A stretch of DNA of 64,000 nucleotides from an uncultured Verrucomicrobiae bacterium (GCA_963836755.1 CAWIKF010000002.1:896001-960000); one strand, 5' to 3'. Shown: positions 28,419-38,648, counted from the first letter of the stretch. Program-made: numbers and translations. Notes: generated from the sequence alone by a model not told the origin.

Positions 28419-30563
28419 ATGAATTTTGGAGCGCCGGAGCATTTCATCAACCGCGAGTTGAGCTGGCTGGAGTTCAATCGCCGGGTGCTGGAGGAGGCGC
28501 AGGATGCGAGTCAGCCGTTGATGGAGCGGGTGAAGTTCCTGAGCATCTTCAGCTCGAATCTGGACGAGTTTTTCGAGATCCGCGTGGCGGGGATCAAGCA
28601 GCAGATCGAGAGCGGCGCGAATGACGCAGGGCCCGATGACATCCCGCCGCTGGAGCTTTTCGAGAGAATCCAAAAGCTGACGCACGAGCTGGTGGCGAGG
28701 GAATACGCGCTCTGGAACGATGAGCTGGTGCCGCAGCTGGCGCAGCAGCGGATCGTGATTCACGAGATCGCGTCCTTGAGTGAGGAGAACGCGAAATGGG
28801 CGAATGATTATTTCCGCAAGGAGGTTTTCCCGGTGCTGACGCCGCTGGCGGTCGATGCGAGCCATCCGTTCCCGCAGGTGTTGAATAAAAGTCACAACAT
28901 CATCGTGCGCGCGCGGCGGCCGGCGGCGGAGGAGCCGCTGTATGCGATCGTGCAGGTGCCGCGCGTGGTGCCGCGGTTGATCTCGCTGCCGCGCGGGAAA
29001 GGGGAGACGGAGCCGTGGGGCTACATTTATCTCGCGTCGCTCATCAAGCATCATGTGGATGAACTTTTTCCCGGTCTCGTGCTCGATGGCGTGCACGCCT
29101 TTCGCAGCACGCGCAACAGCGATCTCTACATCGACGATGAAGAAGCGGAAAATTTGCTGCGAATGATCGAGCAGGAATTGCGGCGGACGAACAAGGGGCG
29201 CGTGGTGCGGCTGGAGCTCGAGGATGATTGCCCGGCGGAGCTCGAGCGGCTGTTGCGGGAAACTTTCGGGCTCGGCGAGGCGGATGTCTATCGAGTGAAT
29301 GGCCCGCTCTCGATGACGCATCTCGCGCCGCTGATCTTTTCCGATGCTTTTGCAAAGCTGCGCGACCGGCCATTCATCCCGGCGCACGATCCGACGCTGC
29401 CGGCGCATGCGGATGTGCTCGAGGTGATGCGGAAGCAGGATGTTTTACTCCATCATCCGTATGAAAGTTTCGACGATGTGGTGCATCTCATCGAGCGGGC
29501 TGCCACGGACCCGCAGGTGCTGGCGATCAAGATGACGCTTTATCGCACGAGCGGAGATTCGCCGATCGTGAAGGCGCTCAGCGATGCGGCGATGGCGGGG
29601 AAACAGGTGACCACGATTGTCGAGGTGAAGGCGCGCTTCGACGAGGCGAACAACATCCAATGGGCGAAGCAACTGGAGGAGGCCGGTGTGCACGTTGTTT
29701 ACGGAGTGCTGGGGCTGAAGACGCATTGCAAGCTGCTGCTGATCGTGCGGCGGGACGAGGACAGGATTCGGCATTACGCGCACCTCGGCACCGGGAACTA
29801 TCACCCGCGCACGGCGCGCATTTACACGGACCTGAGCCTGCTGACGACGAACGACGACCTGACGCAGGAAGTGGCGACATTGTTTAACACGCTGACGGGG
29901 CTCGCGGAGTATCCCGGTTTTCAAAAGTTGCTCGTCGCGCCGTTCGATCTCTGCCGCCGTTTCAAGGAAATGATCGAACGCGAACGCGCGCACGCGGAGG
30001 CGGGACGGCCGGGGCACATCATTCTCAAGCTGAACTCGCTCGTCGATGAGGACATCATCGTCGCGCTCTACGAGGCGTCGGCTGCCGGGGTGAAGATCGA
30101 CTTGATCGTGCGCGGGATTTGCTGTCTGCGACCCGGGCTGCCGGGCGTGAGCGAAAATATTCGCGTCATCAGCATCGTCGGCCGCTTCCTCGAACACAGC
30201 CGGATTTACTACTTCGCCAATAACGGTTCGCCCGACCTTTATCTCGGCAGCGCAGACTGGATGCCGCGGAACTTTTACCGCCGCGTCGAGGTCGCCTTCC
30301 CAATTCTCGACCCGAAGCTTCGCAATGAAATCATCACCGGCATGCTCCCGGCGTTTTTAAACGACCGCGTGAAGGCGCGGCAGTTGCAATCCGATGGCTC
30401 CTACATCCGGCTGCATCCGGCGGAGGGCGAGCAGCCATCGCAGGCGCAACTTTATTTCCGCAAACGCGCGCGCAGCAGTGCTTCGAGTCCGGCTGACCCG
30501 GCTGCGGCGCCTCGGCTGGTTCCGATTCAGCGGCCGACGGAAACCGCGCGCATCACGACTTGA
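28419..30563 (+). CDS. ppk1: Polyphosphate kinase 1
   Basis: FINRELSWLEFN, NLDEFF, HHPYESF, KARFDE, GTGNY, RFLEHSR, SADWM. Confidence 0.96.
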   Translation: MNFGAPEHFINRELSWLEFNRRVLEEAQDASQPLMERVKFLSIFSSNLDEFFEIRVAGIKQQIESGANDAGPDDIPPLELFERIQKLTHELVAREYALWNDELVPQLAQQRIVIHEIASLSEENAKWANDYFRKEVFPVLTPLAVDASHPFPQVLNKSHNIIVRARRPAAEEPLYAIVQVPRVVPRLISLPRGKGETEPWGYIYLASLIKHHVDELFPGLVLDGVHAFRSTRNSDLYIDDEEAENLLRMIEQELRRTNKGRVVRLELEDDCPAELERLLRETFGLGEADVYRVNGPLSMTHLAPLIFSDAFAKLRDRPFIPAHDPTLPAHADVLEVMRKQDVLLHHPYESFDDVVHLIERAATDPQVLAIKMTLYRTSGDSPIVKALSDAAMAGKQVTTIVEVKARFDEANNIQWAKQLEEAGVHVVYGVLGLKTHCKLLLIVRRDEDRIRHYAHLGTGNYHPRTARIYTDLSLLTTNDDLTQEVATLFNTLTGLAEYPGFQKLLVAPFDLCRRFKEMIERERAHAEAGRPGHIILKLNSLVDEDIIVALYEASAAGVKIDLIVRGICCLRPGLPGVSENIRVISIVGRFLEHSRIYYFANNGSPDLYLGSADWMPRNFYRRVEVAFPILDPKLRNEIITGMLPAFLNDRVKARQLQSDGSYIRLHPAEGEQPSQAQLYFRKRARSSASSPADPAAAPRLVPIQRPTETARITT

Positions 30564-31269
30564 CGGCGCGGGTCGCGGTCCTTTTGGTCGGGCGTTTTTT
30601 TAAACCCGCATCGACCGGATTGACATCCCAAAGGCGCAAGCCGCCGAGCATCGCATTTTCATTGATGCCGCGGCGGACGCCGGCGGGCAGCACTTCGATT
30701 TTTTTCACGTTGCCGCCGCCGAGCATGACGTAATCCGCCATGAAGGCGCTTTTCAAATTTCCCACGACGTCGAAGACCGCGGTCTCCCATTTCGATTGTC
30801 CCACTTTTTTTAACGTCCGTTTGCTCACGCGATCCTCATAAGTCTGGCCGCCTGTGTAGTGCAGCTCGCTCAATTCCAGCGGAATCACCGTCCCTTCCCA
30901 AACGAGCGCCGAGCCGAGGCCAGTCCCGAGGCCAAGGAAAAGCATGCGCCCTCCCTCATAGCTGCCGAGCGCCTGCATCGCTGCATCGTTCATGACTTTG
31001 ACCGGTTTTTTGAAAGCCTTTTCGAAATCAAAATTGAACCAGCCAGTGCCGAGATTGTGCGGCGGCTTTGCGGGTTTGTTGTTCACGATCGGCGCGGGAA
31101 AGCCGATGGATACTGCATCGAACGTCCAATCCGTCGTCAACTCATTCACCGCGCGAACAAGCTGGCGCGGTGTAAACTTTTCGCCGGAATCAAATCTGCG
31201 GCGCTCTTTCGAGCCGGAGAACATCAATTTCACGTGGCTGCCGCCGATGTCGATGACGAGGATTTTCAT
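30553..31269 (-). CDS. ROK-family sugar kinase, polyphosphate glucokinase-like
   Basis: IDIGGSHVK, NDAAMQALG, GLGTGLGSAL, LGGGN. Confidence 0.8.
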   Translation of the reverse strand: MKILVIDIGGSHVKLMFSGSKERRRFDSGEKFTPRQLVRAVNELTTDWTFDAVSIGFPAPIVNNKPAKPPHNLGTGWFNFDFEKAFKKPVKVMNDAAMQALGSYEGGRMLFLGLGTGLGSALVWEGTVIPLELSELHYTGGQTYEDRVSKRTLKKVGQSKWETAVFDVVGNLKSAFMADYVMLGGGNVKKIEVLPAGVRRGINENAMLGGLRLWDVNPVDAGLKKRPTKRTATRAVKS

Positions 31270-31305
31270 TCGAAAAATTTTTCCTTCGCGCGTGAACCGG
31301 CGGAG

Positions 31306-32622
31306 TTAAAGGATCGCGAGTTTGTCGAATTTCCGGCCGAGCACCAGTTCGCTTTTGGTGCCGAGCCACTGCTCGAGCACGCTCGCGTAAACCTGCCGGA
31401 AATCGATGTGATGGCGCACGTCGCCATCGAGCAGGTTTTTTAAATCGGGCGCGTCGCCGTGCAGGCCGCCCTTCAGTTTTTCGCCAAACAAAAACATCGG
31501 CGCCGCCGCGCCATGATCGGTGCCTTGGCTGCCGTTCTCCGCCGTGCGCCTTCCGAATTCGCTGAAGGCGAGCATGACGACGCGATCGGCGTTTTTTTGC
31601 GCGCGCAAATCTTCGTTAAACGCGCGAACACTTGTGGCAACATCCCGTAAAAGCCGCGCGTGCGTGCCTATCTGGTTTGCGTGCGTGTCGAATCCGCCCT
31701 GGACGACGTAATAAACGCGCGTCGGGAAATTCCCGGCAATGAGTTTGCTGATCATCCGAAGCTGATTGGCGAGCTGAGAATCCGGATAGTTCGCGTGCTC
31801 CTTCGTCTTGCCGAGAATCGTGCGGATGCGGTCGCCGGCGAGCACGGCATTCATCGCGGTGTGTTTTAAAAAATCGATCGTCTCCGGCTCGTTGCCCATG
31901 ATGCCGCCGAGGTTTGCCATGTTCATCACACCGCCCTGTGGCGTGCCAGGTTGGTTCAATTTGGCGAAGATCGCGTTTTGCGCTTTCGCGAGACCGAGGG
32001 TTTCGCCGCTCGCGTTCCATTGGAAAGTTTCGGGATTGTCGAGCGCGAGCGCGACGTTTGCCCGGTTGCGAAACGATTGCGGCATGATCTTGCCGAAGCT
32101 CATGCCGATGTCGGCATTATCCGCAATCCGATGCGGATCCGCGCCGGAACACTGCGCGTCAAAGTAGCGGCCGAGCCAGCCGGTCGTTTCGGGATTTCCG
32201 TCAGAATCGCCGGCAGTTTGCCAGATTTCCATTGAGCGAAAATGCGACCGATTCGGGTTCGGATATCCGACGTTTTGGACGACCGCCAGTTTCCCGGCAT
32301 CGAATTCCGCCTTCAGCGCCGCGAGCTCCGGATGCAGTGCGACATGGCTGTCGATCTTCAACGCCGCGTCGCCTTTGATCCCAATCGTCGGCCGCGCCTT
32401 GTAATAAAGATCATCCGCGTAGGGAATCACTGTGTTTAAACCATCGTTGCCGCCGCTGAGCTGGATGACGACTAGGATTTTCGAGTCCGTTTCCGCACCC
32501 GCGGCGATTGCGGTGCGCGTTAAAAACGACGGGACGTAGGCGCTCGCGGCGATGAGGCCGAGGCCCTTGATGCCGGTGGCGAGAAACTCGCGGCGGGTTT
32601 GCAAAAGAGTGGAATTTTTCAT
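31306..32622 (-). CDS. DUF1501 family protein with Tat signal
   Basis: TRREFL; QLSGGNDGLN, RSHF, GGFDTH, SEFGR, GTDHG, DFRQVY. Confidence 0.88.
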   Translation of the reverse strand: MKNSTLLQTRREFLATGIKGLGLIAASAYVPSFLTRTAIAAGAETDSKILVVIQLSGGNDGLNTVIPYADDLYYKARPTIGIKGDAALKIDSHVALHPELAALKAEFDAGKLAVVQNVGYPNPNRSHFRSMEIWQTAGDSDGNPETTGWLGRYFDAQCSGADPHRIADNADIGMSFGKIMPQSFRNRANVALALDNPETFQWNASGETLGLAKAQNAIFAKLNQPGTPQGGVMNMANLGGIMGNEPETIDFLKHTAMNAVLAGDRIRTILGKTKEHANYPDSQLANQLRMISKLIAGNFPTRVYYVVQGGFDTHANQIGTHARLLRDVATSVRAFNEDLRAQKNADRVVMLAFSEFGRRTAENGSQGTDHGAAAPMFLFGEKLKGGLHGDAPDLKNLLDGDVRHHIDFRQVYASVLEQWLGTKSELVLGRKFDKLAIL

Positions 32623-32625
32623 GGA

Positions 32626-34167
32626 TCAGCAGAGTTGGTAATCGGGCGAGCTCATCATCAAATGGACGAGACCGCGCACGCGCTCGTCGAAATTACTGTC
32701 GTTCAAACTGAAGGTGCGCCGGCCACCGGCTGCGTCGGTCTCAGCGAAGTCGAGCAGTTGATTGCGCAGCGCGGGCGCAACCTGGCGCGAGAGGAACTGC
32801 TTTATATAATAGTCCACAATGTCCGCGGAAGTGGCCATCGTCCGGTCGGCGCCGAGCTCGCGGAGCTGCGCGCGCGGGTTCCACTCGATCGCGCGCGGAT
32901 CGCGCTGGCCCTCGACGAATTCGCGGCGCTTCGCGGCGGAGCCGACTTTTTTCTGATTGAAAATTTTGAACTCATCCGGGCTCACGCCGTTGAGCAGGTA
33001 GTTCGCGAAATTGTAGCGGACGAGGAGCATGTTCGAGTTGATCCACGCGATGCCGCCGGGCCAGCCGTTCACGTCCGGCGGGAAGAATAAGTTTTGCCCC
33101 ATCTCGCGCAGCGCATCCGCGAGCACTTCCTTTTGCGGAACTTTTACGCGCATCGATTTTAGCGCGCCGATCGTAAGCACGATCGGGCTCTTCACGATCG
33201 CGTCAGTGGCGCGTTTCGAATAAAAAATCCGCGAGGAAAAAAGTGTCGTCAAAAAAAGCGACAGATCGTATTGGCAGCCGCGCAGCGTTCCTGCAGCGGC
33301 CTCGACGACTTCAGGCTCGGGCCGCTCGTAAACGAAGAATTCGAACAGCTTTCCGGCGATGAAACGCGCGCAAGCCGGCTGCTCGGTAATGATGCGCACG
33401 ATGTCGCCGCCATCCCAGTTTCCGCTCTGCCCGAGATAAGTTTTGACCGTGTCGTCATGCGCCCCGGTGTTTTTAACAAACGTCCAGTTTTCCCGATTCA
33501 CGCTCCAGCCGGTCAAGCCGCGAGCGGCGGCCTTCACGTCGCTTTCGGTGTAATTTCCGACGCCGAGCGAATGCAGCTCCATGATCTCTCTCGCGAAATT
33601 TTCATTCGGATGTCCGCGGCCTGAGCTGGCGTTGTCGAGATAAACGAGCATCGCCGGATCGCAGATCAGGGCGTTGAGCATGTCCGGGAACGGAACGAGC
33701 GCGTTGCGGCGGAACATTTGATTCTGCTGCCACATCGGGAAGGCGTGCTCGATTTTGTCGCTGAAGGAAGTGGCGAAATGGCCGTGCCAAAATAGCGTCA
33801 TCTTTTCCTCGAGCGGGCGCCCGGTCGTGAGCATGCGGTTCAGCCACCAAAAGCGAAGCTCGGCGATGCGGCTGTTTTCATCCTGCCGTCGCGCCTGCTC
33901 AGCCTTGTTGCGCGCTTCTTTCGACAAGCCGACGAGGCTTTTTTGAAAGGCGTGGTCATCCACTTCCTGCGGCTTCGCACAATCGGGCGGTGAATTTTCC
34001 TGCGACTGCGGGAATTTCACGAGCCAGTCAACCGCGCCGTTCAGGCCGCGCTTTGCAAGTGCCTCGACTTCCTCCCATGTGCCGCCAAAGCCGGCGCGCC
34101 AAAGCAGATGTGCGGCTTTGTTGACATTGAACTCAGCGCCGGGGAGCGGAGAAAATGGGAGCGCCAT
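32626..34167 (-). CDS. DUF1800 family protein
   Basis: HLLWRAGFG, EKMTLFWHGHFA, YLDN, NENFAREIMELHSLG, PPDVNGW, SPDYQL. Confidence 0.88.
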   Translation of the reverse strand: MALPFSPLPGAEFNVNKAAHLLWRAGFGGTWEEVEALAKRGLNGAVDWLVKFPQSQENSPPDCAKPQEVDDHAFQKSLVGLSKEARNKAEQARRQDENSRIAELRFWWLNRMLTTGRPLEEKMTLFWHGHFATSFSDKIEHAFPMWQQNQMFRRNALVPFPDMLNALICDPAMLVYLDNASSGRGHPNENFAREIMELHSLGVGNYTESDVKAAARGLTGWSVNRENWTFVKNTGAHDDTVKTYLGQSGNWDGGDIVRIITEQPACARFIAGKLFEFFVYERPEPEVVEAAAGTLRGCQYDLSLFLTTLFSSRIFYSKRATDAIVKSPIVLTIGALKSMRVKVPQKEVLADALREMGQNLFFPPDVNGWPGGIAWINSNMLLVRYNFANYLLNGVSPDEFKIFNQKKVGSAAKRREFVEGQRDPRAIEWNPRAQLRELGADRTMATSADIVDYYIKQFLSRQVAPALRNQLLDFAETDAAGGRRTFSLNDSNFDERVRGLVHLMMSSPDYQLC

Positions 34168-34232
34168 TCGGGAGAAGCGACGTTACTCGCAAAGCGGCCG
34201 CGATGCAAAGGTGCGCCGCTGCAAAAAAGAGA

Positions 34233-34260
34233 TTGTCATTTCACGAGAACGCACTAACCT
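34233..34260 (+). promoter_or_regulatory. Putative sigma70-type promoter of rpmI (near-leaderless)
   Basis: TTGTCA-16 nt-TAACCT, 9 nt before the ATG. Confidence 0.5.
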
Positions 34261-34269
34261 TCCCGCCCC

Positions 34270-34479
34270 ATGCCAAAAGCCATCGCACGTCGTAAGACGA
34301 AGAAAGCCGTCGCCAAGCGCTTCAAAGTGACTGGCACCGGCAAAATTTTGCGCGCGCATGCTTCGCGCCGGCATCTGATGTCGTCGAAGAACGCCAAGAA
34401 AAAGCGTCACCTCGCGAAAGCGGGCCTCGTCCATTCCACGGACATGGCGCGCATCAAAGACAACCTGCCGTTTGGTTAA
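34270..34479 (+). CDS. rpmI: 50S ribosomal protein L35
   Basis: KTKKAVAKRFKVTGTGKI..RRHL. Confidence 0.95.
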   Translation: MPKAIARRKTKKAVAKRFKVTGTGKILRAHASRRHLMSSKNAKKKRHLAKAGLVHSTDMARIKDNLPFG

Positions 34480-34599
34480 AGCGGCGCGATCCGTCCTCCT
34501 GCCCGCCACGCGCGGGCTCATCAGCGAGCGAGGTCGGGCGGATTGAAACTAAAGAACAGCCCGCTGAAAAAGGAGCGCGAATTTTTCGCGTAAAACAAT

Positions 34600-34977
34600 A
34601 TGCCAAGAGCCACTAACGCACCCGCGAGCCGCGAACGCCGCAAGCGGATGCTCGATAAAGCCAAGGGATTCCGCGGCCGCCGCAGCAAACTTTTCCGCTA
34701 CGCGAAAAACGCGATCATGAAAGCGGAATACTGGTCGTATCGCGACCGCAAAACCCGCAAGCGCAATTTTCGCCGGCTCTGGGTGCAGCGCATCAACGCC
34801 GCCGTGCGTGCGCATGGCATCACCTACAGCCGTTTCATGGAAGGTCTCGCCGCGACTGGGCTCGCGCTCGACCGGAAAATCCTCGCCGACATGGCGGTGA
34901 CCGACGAAGCGACTTTCAAGGGCATCATCGACCGGGTCGTGAAAGCGCTCGACGAAAAGTCGAAGCAGGCCGCGTAG
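34600..34977 (+). CDS. rplT: 50S ribosomal protein L20
   Basis: AKGFRGRRS, YRDRK..KRNFRRLWVQRINAA, LDRKILAD. Confidence 0.96.
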   Translation: MPRATNAPASRERRKRMLDKAKGFRGRRSKLFRYAKNAIMKAEYWSYRDRKTRKRNFRRLWVQRINAAVRAHGITYSRFMEGLAATGLALDRKILADMAVTDEATFKGIIDRVVKALDEKSKQAA

Positions 34978-35052
34978 CTTTTCCGCGCTTCAAGCGGCTG
35001 CTGTTTCGCCGGCACATTCATTGTGCTTCGAGCGGCGCCTTTGCCCGTTTTC

Positions 35053-36069
35053 ATGGAACTGCAACTTGAGCAAATCCGCGCCGACGCGCTCGCCGCGATT
35101 GGCGCCGCGGCGGATGAAAGCGCACTCGAAGCCGCGCGAATCAAGTATCTGGGCCGCTCCGGCAGCGTTTCGCTGGCGAGTGAGGGAATGAAAACGCTGT
35201 CAAAAGACGACAAGCCGCGCATCGGCAAGTTGTTAAACGAAGTAAGACAGTCCGTGACCGCTGCGTTGGAGGAGCGCAAGATCGTGCTGGAATCGCAGCG
35301 CAATGTCGCCGCGCTTGCAGACGTTGACGTCACACTTCCCGGCACGCCGGTTCCGGTTGGCGCGCTGCATCCGCTCACGCAGTTGCAGGACCGCGCCATT
35401 CAAGTCTGCCGCCGCATGGGTTTCGTTCTCGCCGACGGGCCGGAAATCGAAACCGAGTTTCACTGCTTCGACGCGCTCAACACGCCGCCCGACCACCCTG
35501 CGCGCAACGAGCAGGACACTTTTTATTTGTCCGATGGCCGCCTGCTGCGCACGCACACTTCGACCGTGCAGATTCGCACGATGGAAGCGCAGCCGCCGCC
35601 GGTGCGTATCACCGCGCCTGGCGCGGCTTATCGCCGCGACGAGGTCGACGCCACGCACCTCGCGCAGTTCAACCAGATTGAGGCGCTTTACGTCGATGAA
35701 GGCGTCAGCGTCGCCGACCTCAAAGGCACGGTGGGATTTTTCTTTCGCGAATTGCTCGGGCAGGAAACGAAAGTGCGGTTCCGACCGCACTTTTTTCCAT
35801 TTACCGAGCCAAGCTTTGAGGTGGATTTAAAAGCGCCCGCGCTAGGCCGCGATAAATGGCTGGAGATGGGCGGCTGCGGGATGGTTGATCCGGCTGTTTT
35901 CGAAGCGGTAAACAACCGTCGCGGCGATCACGCCTACGACCCGGAGCGCGTGAGCGGTTTCGCATTCGGCTTCGGGCTCGACCGTCTCGCGATGATCCTT
36001 TCCGGCATCAATGACATCCGGCTATTTGCGGAAAATGACATCCGCTTCCTGGCGCAATTTCGCTCATGA
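35053..36069 (+). CDS. pheS: Phenylalanine--tRNA ligase alpha subunit
   Basis: HPAR..QDTFY, LRTHTS, DATH, FPFTEPS, GFAFGFG. Confidence 0.96.
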   Translation: MELQLEQIRADALAAIGAAADESALEAARIKYLGRSGSVSLASEGMKTLSKDDKPRIGKLLNEVRQSVTAALEERKIVLESQRNVAALADVDVTLPGTPVPVGALHPLTQLQDRAIQVCRRMGFVLADGPEIETEFHCFDALNTPPDHPARNEQDTFYLSDGRLLRTHTSTVQIRTMEAQPPPVRITAPGAAYRRDEVDATHLAQFNQIEALYVDEGVSVADLKGTVGFFFRELLGQETKVRFRPHFFPFTEPSFEVDLKAPALGRDKWLEMGGCGMVDPAVFEAVNNRRGDHAYDPERVSGFAFGFGLDRLAMILSGINDIRLFAENDIRFLAQFRS

Positions 36070-38390
36070 AAATTTCGGTGAATTGGCTGCGCGAGTTTGT
36101 TGAGCTGCCGCCGGACACGGCCGGTTTGTGCGAATTACTGACGCTCGCCGGCGTCGAAGTCGAAGGCGTGCAGGCGCGCGGCGTCGATCTCGACAAAGTT
36201 GTCGTCGCGCAAATTTTCGAATCGGCTCCGCATCCGAATGCCGACCGGCTCAGCGTTTGCAAAGTCGGTGACGGCGGTAATGCGCCGCGTCAGGTCGTCT
36301 GTGGCGCAAAAAATTACAAGGTCGGCGACAAAGTTCCGCTCGCGCAGCCAGGCGCTGTGTTGCCGGGCGATTTTAAAATCAAAGTCGGCAAGCTGCGCGG
36401 CGTGGAAAGCGAAGGAATGCTCTGCAGCGCGAAAGAGCTCGGACTCGGCGAAGGGAGCGATGGACTTTTGATCCTGCCGCAAGATGCGCCGGTCGGTGCT
36501 TCGCTGGAGAAACTATTTCCTCCCGACACTATCTTGGATTTGGAAATTACGCCGAACCGCGCGGATTTGCTCAGCCACGCCGGCATCGCGCGCGAGGTCG
36601 CGGCGCTGACGCGAAAAAAATCAATGTTTGCTTTGCAGCCACCTCCACCTGCGCAGGCGAGCGGGGCGATTGAAATTTCCACGCCGGAAAAATGCGCGTT
36701 TTATTCCGCACGCAAAATCTCCGGCGTCAAAGTCGCACCGAGCCCGGCATGGCTGCGCGAAAAGCTGGAAGCTGTCGGCATCCGGTCGATCAACAACGTG
36801 GTCGACGTCACAAATTTCGCGATGCTGGAAATGGGCCAGCCGTTGCATGCATTCGATGCCGACAAGCTTGGCGTCAGCATCCGCGTGCGCGCGGCGCGCG
36901 ACGGCGAGCAGTTTCTCGCGCTCGATGGACGCACTTATAAATTGGGCGCGGATGATCTCGTGATCGCCGACGGTTCGCGCGTCGCCGCGATCGCCGGAGT
37001 GATGGGCGGCGAGGAAACGAGCGTCACGGAAAGCACGAAAAATCTTCTTTTGGAGAGCGCGCTTTTTCAGCCGGCGAGCGTTCGGAGGACTGCGCGAAAG
37101 CTACAATTAGCGAGCGACTCGAGCCATCGCTTCGAGCGGGGCGTCGATCCTGCGGGCGTCCTTCCCGCCTCGCAACGCGCGACAGATTTAATCCTCGAGT
37201 TGGCGGGCGGAGTTGCCGAAGCCACGGTGCAAACGGCGGGGACGCTGCCGGACGCGCGGCATAAAATCGAGTTTCGCGCCGAGCGCTGCGAAAAAGTTTT
37301 GGGCGTGAATGTGCCGCCTGAAGAAGTCAGCGAGATTCTTTCGGGATTTGGTTTGGAAAAATCGGGCGATTTTTGGGTCGCGCCATCCTTTCGCCAGGAT
37401 TTGACGCGCGAGATTGATTTGATCGAAGAGGTGAGTCGCGTGTTTGGAATCGAAAATATTCCGGCGCGCGAGACGAGCCGTTATTTCGCGCAATCGCAGA
37501 CGGATCTCGAGCATGACCGGCAGATGGAAATCCGCCGCGCGTTGGTCTCGCACGGATTTTATGAGGCGCGCACGCTTTCGCTGATGGATGAAAAAGGAGG
37601 CTACGCGTTCGACGCGGCGCTGCATGTGCGCAATCCGCTGACGGCGGACCAGACGATGCTGCGCCCAACTTTGATCCGCGGCGTGCTCGCAGCGCTCTCG
37701 AACAATGCGCGCGCCGGAATGAAGTCGCTGCGGATGTTTGAGATCGGCCGCACTTTTTGCGCGGGCGAGCGCGAGGAGCGGACGAAGCTGGCGCTCACGA
37801 TGACTGGTCCGATCTCGGAAAAATCGTGGCGCGCGGCGGCGGAGCGCAACGCCGATTTTTTTGATTTGAAAGGAATTCTTGAAAGTCTCGGCATCGACGG
37901 GATGAGTTTTGAGCCGATGGAAAATCCGGCGCTGGCGCTCGCGGCTTTTATTAAAATCGATGGTGAGACGGCCGGATGCGCGGGCCAGTTGTTGCCGGCG
38001 CGTGCACGCGAAATCGATTTGCAAAATCCGGTGGTGATCGCGGAGCTGGAATTGCCGACGGCAAAGCGCGTGGCGAAAAAATTCCGCGAGGTGGCAAAGT
38101 TCCCGGCGGTGACGCGCGACATCGCGATGCTCGCGCCGCGGGAGACGAGCCACGCACAGGTGATGAAGGTTTTGCACGATGTTAACGAGCCGTTGTTGGA
38201 CCACGCGCGGCTCTTCGATTTGTTCGTCGATGCGTCTGGCGAAAAAGTGGAGGCGCATCAAAAGTCACTGGCTTATTCGTTGACATATCGGTCAGCGGAG
38301 CGAACCTTGACGGCAGACGAAGTCAACGCGGCGCACGCCAGATTGAAGGAACGTTTGCGAGCGGCGCTGCATGTGAACTTTCGGGAATAG
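36066..38390 (+). CDS. pheT: Phenylalanine--tRNA ligase beta subunit
   Basis: HPNADRL, RGVESEGMLCS, TPNRAD, RFERGVD, DLIEEV, FPAVTRDIA. Confidence 0.96.
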   Translation: MKISVNWLREFVELPPDTAGLCELLTLAGVEVEGVQARGVDLDKVVVAQIFESAPHPNADRLSVCKVGDGGNAPRQVVCGAKNYKVGDKVPLAQPGAVLPGDFKIKVGKLRGVESEGMLCSAKELGLGEGSDGLLILPQDAPVGASLEKLFPPDTILDLEITPNRADLLSHAGIAREVAALTRKKSMFALQPPPPAQASGAIEISTPEKCAFYSARKISGVKVAPSPAWLREKLEAVGIRSINNVVDVTNFAMLEMGQPLHAFDADKLGVSIRVRAARDGEQFLALDGRTYKLGADDLVIADGSRVAAIAGVMGGEETSVTESTKNLLLESALFQPASVRRTARKLQLASDSSHRFERGVDPAGVLPASQRATDLILELAGGVAEATVQTAGTLPDARHKIEFRAERCEKVLGVNVPPEEVSEILSGFGLEKSGDFWVAPSFRQDLTREIDLIEEVSRVFGIENIPARETSRYFAQSQTDLEHDRQMEIRRALVSHGFYEARTLSLMDEKGGYAFDAALHVRNPLTADQTMLRPTLIRGVLAALSNNARAGMKSLRMFEIGRTFCAGEREERTKLALTMTGPISEKSWRAAAERNADFFDLKGILESLGIDGMSFEPMENPALALAAFIKIDGETAGCAGQLLPARAREIDLQNPVVIAELELPTAKRVAKKFREVAKFPAVTRDIAMLAPRETSHAQVMKVLHDVNEPLLDHARLFDLFVDASGEKVEAHQKSLAYSLTYRSAERTLTADEVNAAHARLKERLRAALHVNFRE

Positions 38391-38444
38391 TTCTTTGCCA
38401 CATTTTCAAAATTTGCCCTGCGTTGTTCGTTTTTCGGTAGAGAA

Positions 38445-38640
38445 CCCGATCCGATATGAATGCTAAAGGAGGCTGGGGTGCGTGGTGCCAATGACATGCC
38501 TTCGTTGGAAGTCAGCGGCCTGCGTCCGGTCGTCCGCCTGTTTCCAGAAGGGAACGGGAATCTGCCCAACGGCAAAGGCGGGGTAATTAAAGGCGTCTTG
38601 GAATAGCGATCGCTGAGATCTGACCGAGGCGCCTTTTCCT
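38445..38640 (+). ncRNA. Candidate structured small RNA, possibly 6S (ssrS)-like
   Basis: By-eye pairing: 38473-81 with 38593-601; apical stem 38499-511 with 38541-51; 3' hairpin plus T run; lies between convergent genes. Confidence 0.3.
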
Positions 38641-38648
38641 TTTCCGCC

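Noticed and set aside
28026..29408. 460-aa minus-strand ORF
   Set aside because: Antisense shadow of ppk1, expected in GC-rich DNA; no motifs
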